Shown: in pieces, positions 36,973 through 46,502 of the stretch
Layout of the letters: each line of letters opens with the position of its first letter
How positions within the stretch are numbered: the first letter of the stretch is position 1
DNA from: Alphaproteobacteria bacterium
GTDB taxonomy: Bacteria > Pseudomonadota > Alphaproteobacteria > SP197
Direction of reading: 5' to 3'
Assembly (NCBI GenBank): GCA_965207785.1
Contig: CBDBNO010000012.1
Location: forward strand, 187,808-251,807
Length of the DNA stretch: 64,000 nucleotides
Program-made: the position numbers and the translations under genes
Notes under the pieces: generated by a model
Seen by the model: only the letters and a program-made list of their open reading frames with translations
The model's database searches: none
What the model was told of the DNA's origin: nothing

Positions 36973-38226
36973 ATGGCGATCCCCCTAGTGATGAATGCTC
37001 CCGAGGCGCCGGCCCGCAGCTTGTTGTTCCTGGCGTGCCGCGTCTTCCTTCCCTTCGCAGCGGGTTACTTCCTCTCCTATCTCTTCCGGACCGTGAACGC
37101 CGTTCTCGGACCGGTTCTCGGCGAGGAACTGGCCCTGGATGCCGCTGCCATCGGCCTGATGACAAGTGCCTTCTTCCTCGCCTTTGCCGGCATCCAGATT
37201 CCTCTCGGCATGGCGCTCGACAGGTTCGGACCCAGGCGCACGCATGCGGTGCTGCTTGTCATCGCCGCCGCGGGTGCGGTCCTGTTCAGCCAGGGTGACG
37301 GCACCCTCGTCCTCACCCTGGCGCGCGCCATCATCGGCCTCGGCATGGCCGGGGGCCTTCTGGCCGCCATGAAGATGTTTGCACTGTGGTTTCCCGGGCA
37401 AAAGCTGCCCCTGGTCAACGGCCTGGTCCTGGCCGCGGGCGGGGCTGGAGCCATGGCCGCATCCGCTCCGGTTCACGCCATGATCGATCTCATCGGCTGG
37501 CGGCATCTGTTTGTCGTACTCGCTGCCGTGACCCTGCTGGTGGCGGTGGTCATCCACGTCGTCGTACCGGAGCGACGGGTGGCAGGCACTCCGGTAACAC
37601 TGACGGACCAGTTGAAGGGGCTCCGGCTCATCCAGCGTTCGCCGGCCTTCCGGGCTGTCGCGCCGCTGGTGATGACGACCCAGGCGGCGTGGCTGTCGAC
37701 CCAGGCGCTGTGGTTCGGACCATGGCTGCGCGACATGGCCGGCCTCGACGCCGGCCACGCGGCCCAGGCCCTCTTCATCGGCGGCCTGGCCATGATCGCC
37801 GGGTATGCCTTCCTCGGCTGGCTTGCCGAACGGCTGAGCCGCATCGGAATCCCGATCTCCCTCGTCGCGGCCCCGGTCACTTTGGTGTTCATTGCGGTAC
37901 AGGCGATGCTGGCGCTGGGCAGCAGTCTGCCTGCATGGGTGCTGACCGCGGCGTTCTCCGCGACCGGGGGCGCGGTCATCATCTACTATGCCGACATGAC
38001 CCAGAGGTTCCCGCCGGCCATGGCCGGCAGGGTCAATACCACGCTCGCCCTCTACACATTCGCCCTTGGCGGCGCTCTCCAGATCCTTGTCGGTCTCGTC
38101 CTCAATCTCTTCCCGGCGCCCGAGGGCGGCTATGCGCCTTCAGGCTACCTTGCCGCCTTCGGCGGCTGGGTCCTGGTCCAGCTCGCCTGCTTTGCCTGGT
38201 ACCTCGCCCGCCGGCGTCACTGCTGA
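36973..38226 (+). CDS. MFS transporter
   Basis: 12 predicted TM helices, with MFS motif A (LDRFGPRRT) and a second-half repeat. Confidence 0.8.
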   Translation: MAIPLVMNAPEAPARSLLFLACRVFLPFAAGYFLSYLFRTVNAVLGPVLGEELALDAAAIGLMTSAFFLAFAGIQIPLGMALDRFGPRRTHAVLLVIAAAGAVLFSQGDGTLVLTLARAIIGLGMAGGLLAAMKMFALWFPGQKLPLVNGLVLAAGGAGAMAASAPVHAMIDLIGWRHLFVVLAAVTLLVAVVIHVVVPERRVAGTPVTLTDQLKGLRLIQRSPAFRAVAPLVMTTQAAWLSTQALWFGPWLRDMAGLDAGHAAQALFIGGLAMIAGYAFLGWLAERLSRIGIPISLVAAPVTLVFIAVQAMLALGSSLPAWVLTAAFSATGGAVIIYYADMTQRFPPAMAGRVNTTLALYTFALGGALQILVGLVLNLFPAPEGGYAPSGYLAAFGGWVLVQLACFAWYLARRRHC

Positions 38227-38400
38227 CGCCGGACCCAGACCCCGTACTCCAGCAGGCGGCTGTGGAACAGCGCCTCACCCCAGAGCGAACCGGAAGTCTG
38301 GCGTCCGCAGGTCACCGGTGGCGCCGGCTCTCGTCGAGATCGGCCAGAATTTCGTCGGGCGTGGCGACGGGCGCGGGCTTGAGCGGCGACCCCGAGGTGG
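38217..38400 (-). pseudogene. Remnant of a phd/yefM-vapC toxin-antitoxin module (antitoxin C-terminus plus first about 25 codons of the PIN toxin)
   Basis: ...PAPVATPDEILADLDESRRHR followed by ...WGEALFHSRLLEYGVWV is co-linear with the 3' end of the antitoxin at 45140..45433 and the 5' end of the vapC at 45143. The DNA is about 75-80% identical by eye. The antitoxin N-terminus and most of the toxin are missing. Confidence 0.6.
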
Positions 38401-38442
38401 CCAGCGTCGGCGCGCCGGGTACTGGAAGCGGAGCGCCTTGGT

Positions 38443-39111
38443 TCAGGCAGTCTTGACGTTGTCCGGATGGGCGGCCGCAAAGTCTGGCAATCCTTTGCAA
38501 TACTCATTGATTCTTCGAATGTTCGGCCACGCCGCGACGTCGAGTTCCCAGCGCTCCGCGTTGTAGACCTGCGGAACCAAACAGCAATCCGCCAGACCCG
38601 GCGTGTCGGCGTTGCAGCTTCGTCCCGATCGCGGGTCATTCAGCAACGCCTCGACTGCGTCCAGTCCGCGACGCATGAAATGCTGCATCCACGCAATCCT
38701 TGTCGCGTCATCGCCATCACAGACCGTCTGCAGATGATTGACGACGTGCAGATTGCAGATCGGATGAATGTCCATCGCGATGGCATAGGCGATGGTTCTG
38801 ATGCGGGCCCGATCCGCAGGGGCGCTCGGGAGCAAGGGCATGCCTGGCCGCGTTTCATCCAGGTACTCCAATGCGGCCAATGACTGGGTGAATCGCTGTC
38901 CGTCGATGACGAGGACCGGCACGAAGCCCTGAGGATTGCGTTCGATATGGTCGGCGTTTCTGTGAGCTCCGGTTCTCAGGTCAACGTCAAGACTCGTACT
39001 CTCGATGCCCTTCAGTCGCAGGCCAATCCGCAATCGATAACTGGCCGAAGAACGCCAGTAATCGTAGAGCACGGCCTGCGTTGGCGGACCCTCGGCCACG
39101 CTGCCGCTCAT
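38443..39111 (-). CDS. maiA: Maleylacetoacetate isomerase (GST zeta class)
   Basis: It has the N-terminal GST fold LYDYWRSSASYRLRIGLRLKGI and the zeta-class motif. fahA lies in the same cluster. Confidence 0.85.
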   Translation of the reverse strand: MSGSVAEGPPTQAVLYDYWRSSASYRLRIGLRLKGIESTSLDVDLRTGAHRNADHIERNPQGFVPVLVIDGQRFTQSLAALEYLDETRPGMPLLPSAPADRARIRTIAYAIAMDIHPICNLHVVNHLQTVCDGDDATRIAWMQHFMRRGLDAVEALLNDPRSGRSCNADTPGLADCCLVPQVYNAERWELDVAAWPNIRRINEYCKGLPDFAAAHPDNVKTA

Positions 39112-39650
39112 GCGCCCGAGAGCTGCGATTCATGCAGCCATTCGGCGTGTTTCGGCGCGCGCTTTGTCCTCGACCATTCCTCGAGCATGTCCCACTTCAC
39201 CGCGTCGAGGCGCTTCAGCTTCTCGTCTTCATCCGGGTCCGGGCAGGCAAGTTCCAATCGATGACCGTTGGGATCGAAGAAGTAGATCGAGTGAAAGATC
39301 GAATGATCCGTTACACCGAGGACATTGACACCGTTTGCTTCCAGCCGCGCACGGTACGCGAGCAGCGTTTCGCGATCCCTGACCCTGAAGGCGATGTGCT
39401 GGACCCATTCGGGCGTGTTCGGATCCTTCTCCATTTCGGGTTTGGTCGGCAGTTCGAAGAACGCCAGAATGTTGCCGTTTCCCGCATCCAGGAAGATGTG
39501 CATGTAGGGATCGGGTTCGCCGGTCGATGGCACACGGTCTTCGGCAATCGCCAGCACGAAGTCCATGCCGAGGTTGTCGCGATACCACTCGACCGTCTCC
39601 TTGGCGTCCCTGCACCGGTAAGCGACATGATGAATTCGGTCGATGTTCAT
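39108..39650 (-). CDS. VOC-family (glyoxalase / extradiol dioxygenase-like) protein
   Basis: A two-module VOC fold is present (HHVAYRCRDAKETVEWY...HIAFRVRD...). Confidence 0.7.
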   Translation of the reverse strand: MNIDRIHHVAYRCRDAKETVEWYRDNLGMDFVLAIAEDRVPSTGEPDPYMHIFLDAGNGNILAFFELPTKPEMEKDPNTPEWVQHIAFRVRDRETLLAYRARLEANGVNVLGVTDHSIFHSIYFFDPNGHRLELACPDPDEDEKLKRLDAVKWDMLEEWSRTKRAPKHAEWLHESQLSGA

Positions 39651-39886
39651 GAGGATTTCCTTTCCGATGCTGCTTCTTTGGCCTTGTGCCCCGAACCGGC
39701 CGCAACCGAAAGTTCGAACGCCTGGCGCAAAACGGATCGATCACCTATGTGGTTGGCCAGTATGAGAACGAGCCTGGCGTTCAATGCGTCGCTTTCGTCG
39801 TCGCTTCGACCCTCGTGAAGCTCCAGAAGTTCGGCATAGAAGCCGTCCGGGTCGTCGATGTTCGGTTCGACAATCAGGGAGTTCAC
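39647..39886 (-). CDS. DUF2783-like small protein (79 aa)
   Basis: A short acidic ORF that overlaps the VOC gene start by 4 nt. The family assignment is tentative. Confidence 0.4.
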   Translation of the reverse strand: MNSLIVEPNIDDPDGFYAELLELHEGRSDDESDALNARLVLILANHIGDRSVLRQAFELSVAAGSGHKAKEAASERKSS

Positions 39887-39904
39887 CGTCTTGATCCTTC
39901 CCGC

Positions 39905-41539
39905 TCAGTTCTCAAGTTTTCCGACTGCCCGGCGGACGGCACGGGTTACGATGGCCGCATCGAAACTCGGCCACCGTGCAGCGACATGCTGGTCCGGCCT
40001 CATCAGATAACAGGCGGTCCGTTCAGCGCCCAGGTATCGCCGGCCCAGGTGGCTGTCGGCGTCGCATCGCAGAGCAACGAACTCGACAGGAATGCGATCC
40101 ACGACAAGGTTCCCGACGGGGCTTTCCAGATTGAACAAGACGACCTGGAACCGACCGCCCAGGCGGTCCAGCAACCATCCGTCGGAAATGGGGGCGTCGA
40201 CGGCCGGGGCCCCGGGACGCGTATGGTCCGGGAACACATCGGCGTCCAGGGTGTTCAGGGGCGAACCGTCGTACACTGCCGGAACCGAAAGTCGTCCCGA
40301 GTTCACGAGCGGTCGCGCGAACGTTGCGATCTCCGACAAGTCGAGAACCGCGTCGCGAAACAGGCGGCTGACACGTGACTTGGGCGTTATGAAGTCGGAC
40401 GAGCGCGATGAATTGAGGATGTTCTCATCGGCCGCATGAATGCGTTCGATGTCGTACGTCTCCAGGAGCGACTCGGGCGCCAAATCGTCAATGACCAGTT
40501 TCAACTTCCAGATCAGGTTGTCCGTGTCCTGAAGGCCGCTGTTGGCGCCGCGCGCCCCGAAGGGCGATACCTGGTGTGCCGCATCACCGCAAAAGATAAC
40601 GCGCCCGTGGCGGAACTTCTCCATGCGGCGGCACTGGAACGTATAGATCGACGTCCATTCCAGATCGAACACCACATCGTCGCCCAGCATGGATTTCAGG
40701 CGCGGAATGACGTTTTCCGGCCTCTTTTCCCTTTCCTTGTCGACATCCCAACCGAGTTGAAGGTCAATCCGCCACAGATTGTCCGGTTGCTTGTGCAGCA
40801 ACGCCGACTGGTTGCGGTTGAATGGCGGATCGAACCAGAACCATCGTTCCGTGGGAAACTCCGCCGCCATGACCACGTCGGCGATCAGGAAATTGTCCTC
40901 GAACACGCGTCCGACGAAATCCAGTCCCAACATTGATCGGACGGGCGAATTGGCACCATCGCAAGCCAAGACCCAATCGGCGCAAAGGCGGTATGGACCC
41001 TCGGGCGTCTCAACCGTGAGGTCTACACCGTCCCCGTCCAGTTCAACCGCCGTCACACGGTTTCCGCCGCGTATCTCGATGGACAGGCCATCCGACGCCA
41101 AGACCTCGCAGTGTTCGACCAGATACTGCTCGAAGTAGTACTGCTGAAGATTGATGAATGCCGGGCGGCGATGGCCGTCCTCGGGTAGAAGATCGAACTG
41201 GTACACCCTGCGTTCGTTGAAAAAGACCTTACCCCTGTTCCAGACGACACCCTTGTCGACAAATCGGTCGCCGCATCCGAGGCGGTCCAGGATCTCCAAC
41301 AGTCTCTTTGCGAAACAGATCGCCCGCGATCCGTAACTGACCTTGTCGGCGTCGTCCAGGACCAGGACAGGCACTCCATGCTGCGCCAGATCGACGGCCG
41401 CCGCCAACCCGACCGGACCCGCGCCGATGACGATGACCTCGTGGCGGACAGGCGCCTCGGAATCCTGGTCCGGTGCGCGCCGATACGAATACAGCGGCGT
41501 TTCGAAGATCCGAGGTTCCGGGCATTGCGCTGCGATCAT
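39905..41539 (-). CDS. FAD-dependent aromatic-ring monooxygenase (MhpA/PheA-type hydroxylase)
   Basis: The FAD fold VIVIGAGPVGL, the DG motif CDGANSPVR and FCGDAAHQVSPFGARGANSGLQD are present. The start is taken at MIAAQCPEPRIF. Confidence 0.8.
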   Translation of the reverse strand: MIAAQCPEPRIFETPLYSYRRAPDQDSEAPVRHEVIVIGAGPVGLAAAVDLAQHGVPVLVLDDADKVSYGSRAICFAKRLLEILDRLGCGDRFVDKGVVWNRGKVFFNERRVYQFDLLPEDGHRRPAFINLQQYYFEQYLVEHCEVLASDGLSIEIRGGNRVTAVELDGDGVDLTVETPEGPYRLCADWVLACDGANSPVRSMLGLDFVGRVFEDNFLIADVVMAAEFPTERWFWFDPPFNRNQSALLHKQPDNLWRIDLQLGWDVDKEREKRPENVIPRLKSMLGDDVVFDLEWTSIYTFQCRRMEKFRHGRVIFCGDAAHQVSPFGARGANSGLQDTDNLIWKLKLVIDDLAPESLLETYDIERIHAADENILNSSRSSDFITPKSRVSRLFRDAVLDLSEIATFARPLVNSGRLSVPAVYDGSPLNTLDADVFPDHTRPGAPAVDAPISDGWLLDRLGGRFQVVLFNLESPVGNLVVDRIPVEFVALRCDADSHLGRRYLGAERTACYLMRPDQHVAARWPSFDAAIVTRAVRRAVGKLEN

Positions 41540-41555
41540 GGTCACGTCCGCCGAC

Positions 41556-42506
41556 TCAATCTTGCAGCGCCTTCCACATTTCACGGTCCCGTTTGGCCGT
41601 CCAGATACGCGGCGTGTCGATTCCCATCGCCTCGTCGTAGGCTCGGGCCACGTTGAACGGCAAACAGTGTTCGTAGATTGCAAAGCTCTCGAACTTCGGA
41701 TCACAGACTTCGCGGCACGCCGCCATGGCGTCCTTGAGCGGCCGGCCGGCCGCTGCCGCAGCAGCGACCGGACGATAGGTGCTGGCGACAAAATCCCGAG
41801 TCAGCGCAACGGCTTCCCTGACTTGATCGGGTGTTCTCAGCGCGTCGCCGCGCCCCGGTGCCAGCGCCCTCGGAGCGAATGCTCCGATCTTGTCCAATGT
41901 AACGGGCCAGTCGTGAAAGTGACCGTCGCCGCAGTAGCACGCCGAATGGAATTCAACCTGATCGCCGGAGAACATGACGCTGGAGTCGGGAACCCAGGCG
42001 ACAATGTCGCCGGCAGTGTGGGCCCGCCCGAGGTGCATGAGGTCAACGCGCCGCTTGCCGAGATAAACGGTCATCGAATTGCGGAACGTCATGGTTGGCC
42101 ATGTCAGTCCCGGAATGCTTCCCGCGTTTTCGAACAGACGGGGAAACCGTTCATACTCGCTGTCCCAGTCTTCCTGTCCTCTTTCGTGGATCATCGCGCG
42201 ACACATGTCCGAGGCGATCACCTGTTCGGCCCCGTAAGCGGATGCGCCGAGAACCCGCACGGCGTGGTAGTGGCTCAAGACGACGTACTTGACGGGCTTG
42301 TCCGTGACGCCTCGGATCCGCTCGATGACCTGCTGCGCCATGACGGGCGTTGCCTGGGTATCGATGACCATGACGCCGTCGTCGCCGACGATGACGCCGG
42401 TGTTCGGATCGCCCTCGGCTGTGAAGGCATAGAGATCGGGTCCGACCTCGGTGAACGAGATCGTTTTTTCTTCAGTATCGCCGGTCGATGCGAAGGAATT
42501 GGACAT
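41556..42506 (-). CDS. MBL-fold metallo-hydrolase
   Basis: The HxHxDH-type motif LSHYHAVRV, ...HTAGD... and the C-terminal His are present. Confidence 0.7.
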   Translation of the reverse strand: MSNSFASTGDTEEKTISFTEVGPDLYAFTAEGDPNTGVIVGDDGVMVIDTQATPVMAQQVIERIRGVTDKPVKYVVLSHYHAVRVLGASAYGAEQVIASDMCRAMIHERGQEDWDSEYERFPRLFENAGSIPGLTWPTMTFRNSMTVYLGKRRVDLMHLGRAHTAGDIVAWVPDSSVMFSGDQVEFHSACYCGDGHFHDWPVTLDKIGAFAPRALAPGRGDALRTPDQVREAVALTRDFVASTYRPVAAAAAAGRPLKDAMAACREVCDPKFESFAIYEHCLPFNVARAYDEAMGIDTPRIWTAKRDREMWKALQD

Positions 42507-42527
42507 GCGTGTGAACTCCAGCTCTGG

Positions 42528-43805
42528 TCAGGTCCAGGTACGGGCCGGATGGGCGGGCAGTACGGTCCCGCTGCACTCGCCGAACCCGATGCGATAGCCA
42601 TCACCCTGCGCCCAGCCGGTCATCACCACCGTGTCGCCATCCTCAAGGAACGTGCGGGTCTCACCGGTCTTCAGGATGAGTGGGGTCTTGCCGCCCCAGG
42701 CGATCTCGAGAAGAGAGCCGAACTGATCGCGCTCGGGGCCGGAAATCGTTCCAGATCCCAGGAGATCACCGGTTCGCATGCGGCACCCACCGTTGGCATG
42801 ATGGGCCAACTGCTGGGCGGAGGAGTAATACATGTGCCGGTAGTTGGTGCGACAGATCGTGGTCGCGGCGTGAGCGTTCTCCGGCTGAAGATCGACCTGG
42901 AGTTCAATGTCGTACAGCGATGGCGCCGACTCGACCAGATAAGGCAGCAGCGCGACTTCGCGTTCGGGCGCCGGCGTGCGAAACGGTTCCAGCGCCGCCG
43001 CCGTCACGACCCACGGACTGATGGACGTCGCGAACGCCTTCGACTGAAATGGGCCGAGCGGTTGGTACTCCCAGGCTTGAATGTCTCGCGCCGACCAGTC
43101 GTTGAGCAGCACGTAACCAAATATCATCTCATCGGCTTCGGTAACGCTGACCTGCTCACCCAAGGCACTGGACAGTCCAACGACAGCCCCGATCTCGAGC
43201 TCGATGTCGAGACGGCGGCTCGGGTGGTAGACGGGGGCGTCAGCGTCCGGCGATTTCAGCTGCCCCCAGGGTCGGCGGATGCCTGTTCCGCTGACAACGA
43301 CGGTGGAGGACCGTCCGTTGTATCCGATCGGAATGTGCAGCCAGTTCGGCGGCAGGGCATTTTCAGCTCCCCGAAACATGGTCCCAACGTTGAAGGCATG
43401 CTGCCGTCCGGCATAGAAATCAGTGTATTCGGACACGTTGAACGGCAGACGCGGCGTGACGTTCGCCATCGAAAGCAGCGCAGCGTCGCGCAGACGCGAA
43501 TCGTCGCGCAGGCGCCGCTCCTCGCCATCCACGGACAAGAGATCGGTCAACTGTTCCCGGACAGAACGCCAAGACTGCGTGCCGCATGCCATGAAGGCAT
43601 TCAGCGATGCCCCTTCGAACACCGGCCTATCCGCATCGACGTCGATGAGGCCTTCCTGCTCCAGCAAGCGCAGGTCGAGCGCACAATCACCAATGGCAAC
43701 AGCGCAGCGCGGGTCACCATCAGTTGCGGAGACGACCCCGTAGGGGAGATTCTCCAGCGGGAAACCGCAGCCTTCCGAATTCGCACTGCCGAGCCAACTG
43801 TCCAT
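42528..43805 (-). CDS. fahA: Fumarylacetoacetase
   Basis: It has the FAH N-terminal domain (ENLPYGVV) and the catalytic region (IFGYVLLNDWSARDIQAWEYQPLGPF). It sits in the homogentisate-pathway context with maiA. Confidence 0.9.
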   Translation of the reverse strand: MDSWLGSANSEGCGFPLENLPYGVVSATDGDPRCAVAIGDCALDLRLLEQEGLIDVDADRPVFEGASLNAFMACGTQSWRSVREQLTDLLSVDGEERRLRDDSRLRDAALLSMANVTPRLPFNVSEYTDFYAGRQHAFNVGTMFRGAENALPPNWLHIPIGYNGRSSTVVVSGTGIRRPWGQLKSPDADAPVYHPSRRLDIELEIGAVVGLSSALGEQVSVTEADEMIFGYVLLNDWSARDIQAWEYQPLGPFQSKAFATSISPWVVTAAALEPFRTPAPEREVALLPYLVESAPSLYDIELQVDLQPENAHAATTICRTNYRHMYYSSAQQLAHHANGGCRMRTGDLLGSGTISGPERDQFGSLLEIAWGGKTPLILKTGETRTFLEDGDTVVMTGWAQGDGYRIGFGECSGTVLPAHPARTWT

Positions 43806-43847
43806 ATCGCGGGATCCTCCTGGCTTCGCGGGTGACCGAAACCGAAC

Positions 43848-44513
43848 TCAATCGGCCAAGACTGCCGGAAGCGGCACGTCGAGCGCGGTGACCACGGCCC
43901 AGGGAATCGTATCGGCCTGGTTCCGGTCGAGAAGCAATGCTGGCGACACGATGACGTTGTCGGCATTGATCCTGGCCGGGACCCCCTGCCCATGGAACGG
44001 GTCGTAGACGCGGCGCATTTCCGGCGTTGTTTCCGGTTTCCTGGTTTCGCGGCTGAAGACCGGCTCGATGGCCAGTATCAGACCGCGCCCTCCAATGTCC
44101 CCGACCCGGGGGCTGGTCGTTTTCAACGCCTCCAACACGCGCATGAGGTGATCACCGACCTGCCTGACGTTCCAGGCCACGTTCAACCGCATGGCTTCAT
44201 TCATTGCGACCAGGATCGCCGCGGCTCCGACAAGGCGGCCCGAGCAGGTGTAGCCATGCCCGATCAAACCGTCAACATCGCACGCAGCTTCGAACGCCCC
44301 CGCGACCTTGGCGGAGATCGTCGCCGCACCGAACGGGACGTAACCGTTCGTGATCGCCCTGGCGGTGCACATCATGTGCGACCGAACTCCAGACAAACGC
44401 GCACCCGTCCAGGCGCCAGTTCGCCCAAGGGCGGTCATGACGTCATCCGTGATCGGCAGAACGCCGCGCCGCGAACAGGGGAATCGCCGGGAATTGGAGT
44501 GTTTCACGCGCAT
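43848..44513 (-). pseudogene. Truncated class III aminotransferase (C-terminal about 200 codons only)
   Basis: PITDDVMTALGRTGAWTG...GYVPFGAATIS...HGYTCSG... corresponds to residues about 250-450 of an omega-aminotransferase. No N-terminal half lies upstream; the hbd-3' copy and vapC follow instead. Confidence 0.7.
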
Positions 44514-44617
44514 GGCAGGACCGTCGTCCTGATCCGTACCGGGCAGCGGGTCTCTCGAGCGGACAAGCCGTGACGACGCTTATCGTTCCTCAAGGTCCAC
44601 TTCACGCGACGTGCAAC

Positions 44618-44717
44618 CGGGGTTTCGCCTGAGTCGTCGTGGAAGCCACGGCCGCTCCTGCGACCGAACCAGCCCGCCTCGACATCCTTGGCGAGCAATG
44701 GACACGGACGGTACTTC
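44618..44717. repeat. About 100-bp imperfect duplicate of the hbd 3' end (second copy at 45621..45720)
   Basis: cggggtttcgcctga...gacat[c/a]cttggcgagca[a/g][t/g]ggacacgg[a/g]cggtactt. It would encode ...LAKDVEAGWFGRRSGRGFHDDSGETP, compared with the Hbd C-terminus [26 protein letters not shown]. Confidence 0.8.
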
Positions 44718-44731
44718 TCGCGGGCCGCCGA

Positions 44732-45143
44732 TCAGGCGGTTCGGGACACTTCCAGGTCGAACAGCAGAATATCCATCGCGCGGGCGACAGCGTTCTTCCG
44801 CCGGTCGTAGCTCGCGAGCATGACTCCCTGGCCCTGTTCGGCCAGATACGAACACGACGCCAGATGCAGGGCGTCGAGGGTGCGCACCGCAGCGGGGGCG
44901 GGAAAGGCATCCAGCGCCCGCGCCATCACCGACGCAGACAGTTCCAGCATCGCTACACGGCGCGGTCAGCCAGCGTGCTGCCTCGCCATAAACATCCGCC
45001 AGCCCGCGCGCATGCAGCCGGGCCCAGATCTCGTACTCCAGCAGGCGGCTGGAAAGCAGGGTCTCTTCCCAGAGCCAGCCGGGGGGCTGGCGGTCCTCGG
45101 CGAGAAGATGCGCGAGCGCGACGGACGTGTCGATGTAGATCAC
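44732..45143 (-). pseudogene. vapC: PIN-domain toxin VapC, interrupted by a single frameshift
   Basis: The N-terminal frame reads MIYIDTSVALAHLLAEDRQP...GEAARWL. The C-terminal part, in a +1 frame, reads MLELSASVMARALDAFPAPAAVRTLDALHLASCSYLAEQGQGVMLASYDRR... The two frames switch near 44950-44965. Confidence 0.7.
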
Positions 45144-45433
45144 CGATCGCGCCGGCTCTCGTCCAGATCGGCCAGCACTTCGTCGAGCGTGGCTACGGGT
45201 GGGGGTTTGGGCGGCGGACCCGAAGCGGCCAGCCTCGGCGGCGTCAGCACGCCGGACCGCACCGCCTCGGCCAAAAGGGCGTCGGCGACAATCGGGCTCC
45301 GGGTTTCCCGCAGCGGGCCGAGTTCCGCCACGACCCGATCGCGATCAGTCACGAGAATGGTTTCGCCGGAGGCAGCCAGCCGGACGTACTCGCTCAGCTT
45401 GCTGTTCAGAACCTTGATACCCACCGATCGCAT
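45140..45433 (-). CDS. Phd/YefM-family type II antitoxin
   Basis: 97 aa: MRSVGIKVLNSKLSEYVRLAASGETILVTDRDRVVAELGPL... It overlaps the vapC start by 4 nt. Confidence 0.8.
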   Translation of the reverse strand: MRSVGIKVLNSKLSEYVRLAASGETILVTDRDRVVAELGPLRETRSPIVADALLAEAVRSGVLTPPRLAASGPPPKPPPVATLDEVLADLDESRRDR

Positions 45434-45605
45434 GTGAGCAAGGTAGCGACGGATGGCTACTTCGCCAGCCACGCGGGCCGACCGATCGCGGACGTTGCAA
45501 CAGGAAGGACAGCGACTCATTCGCATCCTCGTCCGGCAGCACCCATGCGGTTGCCGTCGGGCGAAGTGCATGATCGGCGCCAGCGAACCTGGACACCGAT
45601 GAGTA

Positions 45606-46481
45606 CTATCTCGTCGGGATCGGGGTTTCGCCTGAATAGTCGTAGAAGCCGCGGCCGGACTTGCGGCCGAGCCAGCCGGCCTCGACATACTTGGCGAGCA
45701 GGGGACACGGGCGGTACTTGGTGTCCGCGAGGCCGTCATAGAGCACCTGCATGACGGAATAGCAGACATCGAGGCCGATGAAGTCGGCGAGTTCGAGCGG
45801 GCCCATGGGATGGTTGGCGCCGAGCCGCATCGCCGTATCGATGGAGTCGACGGTGCCGACGCCTTCGTAGAGGGCGTAGACCGCTTCATTGATCATCGGC
45901 AGCAGGATGCGGTTGACGATGAAGGCCGGGAAATCTTCGGCGTTGGCCGGCACCTTGCCGAGTTCCAGCGTCAGCTCGCGGATGGTATCGAAGGTCTCGC
46001 CGTCGGTGGCCAGTCCGCGGATCAGCTCCACCAGGTTCATCATCGGCACCGGGTTCATGAAGTGCATGCCCATGAACTTCTCCGGCCGGTCGGTGGCCGC
46101 CGCGAGACGCGTGATGGGAATCGACGACGTGTTGGTGCAGATGATGGCGTCCGCCTTGAGGGACGCTGTCAGTTCGGCAAGAATCTCCTTCTTGACCTTC
46201 TCGTTCTCGCTAGCAGCCTCGATGACGCAGTCGCAGTCAGCCAGTCCGGCATAGGAGTCGACCACGGCAATGCGGCCGAGCGCGGCATCCATCTGTTCCT
46301 GATCGATGACACCACGCCGCCGCTGACGCTCCATGTTGGAGCGCACCACCTCGACGCCGGCTTCCGCGAGATCCCGCGACATGTCGATAACCAGGATGTC
46401 GTATCCCGCCAGGGCGCAGACGTGGGCGATTCCCGACCCCATCTGACCGGCGCCGATCACGCCAATGCTCCTGATCTCCAT
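45606..46481 (-). CDS. hbd: 3-hydroxybutyryl-CoA dehydrogenase
   Basis: The NAD fold [14 protein letters not shown], the 3HCDH signature region and the C-terminal domain are present. Confidence 0.9.
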   Translation of the reverse strand: MEIRSIGVIGAGQMGSGIAHVCALAGYDILVIDMSRDLAEAGVEVVRSNMERQRRRGVIDQEQMDAALGRIAVVDSYAGLADCDCVIEAASENEKVKKEILAELTASLKADAIICTNTSSIPITRLAAATDRPEKFMGMHFMNPVPMMNLVELIRGLATDGETFDTIRELTLELGKVPANAEDFPAFIVNRILLPMINEAVYALYEGVGTVDSIDTAMRLGANHPMGPLELADFIGLDVCYSVMQVLYDGLADTKYRPCPLLAKYVEAGWLGRKSGRGFYDYSGETPIPTR

Positions 46482-46502
46482 GCCCAATAGCCTATCTCCC
46501 GG

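Noticed and set aside
41343-43835. An 830-aa plus-strand ORF
   Set aside because: It is antisense to the MBL hydrolase and fahA genes and has no domain signal.
45140-45889. A 249-aa extended form of the antitoxin ORF
   Set aside because: Only the last 97 codons (from MRSVGIKV...) look like a Phd/YefM antitoxin. The N-terminal extension is Ser/Pro/Arg-rich low-complexity sequence with no domain signal and overlaps the hbd 3' end.
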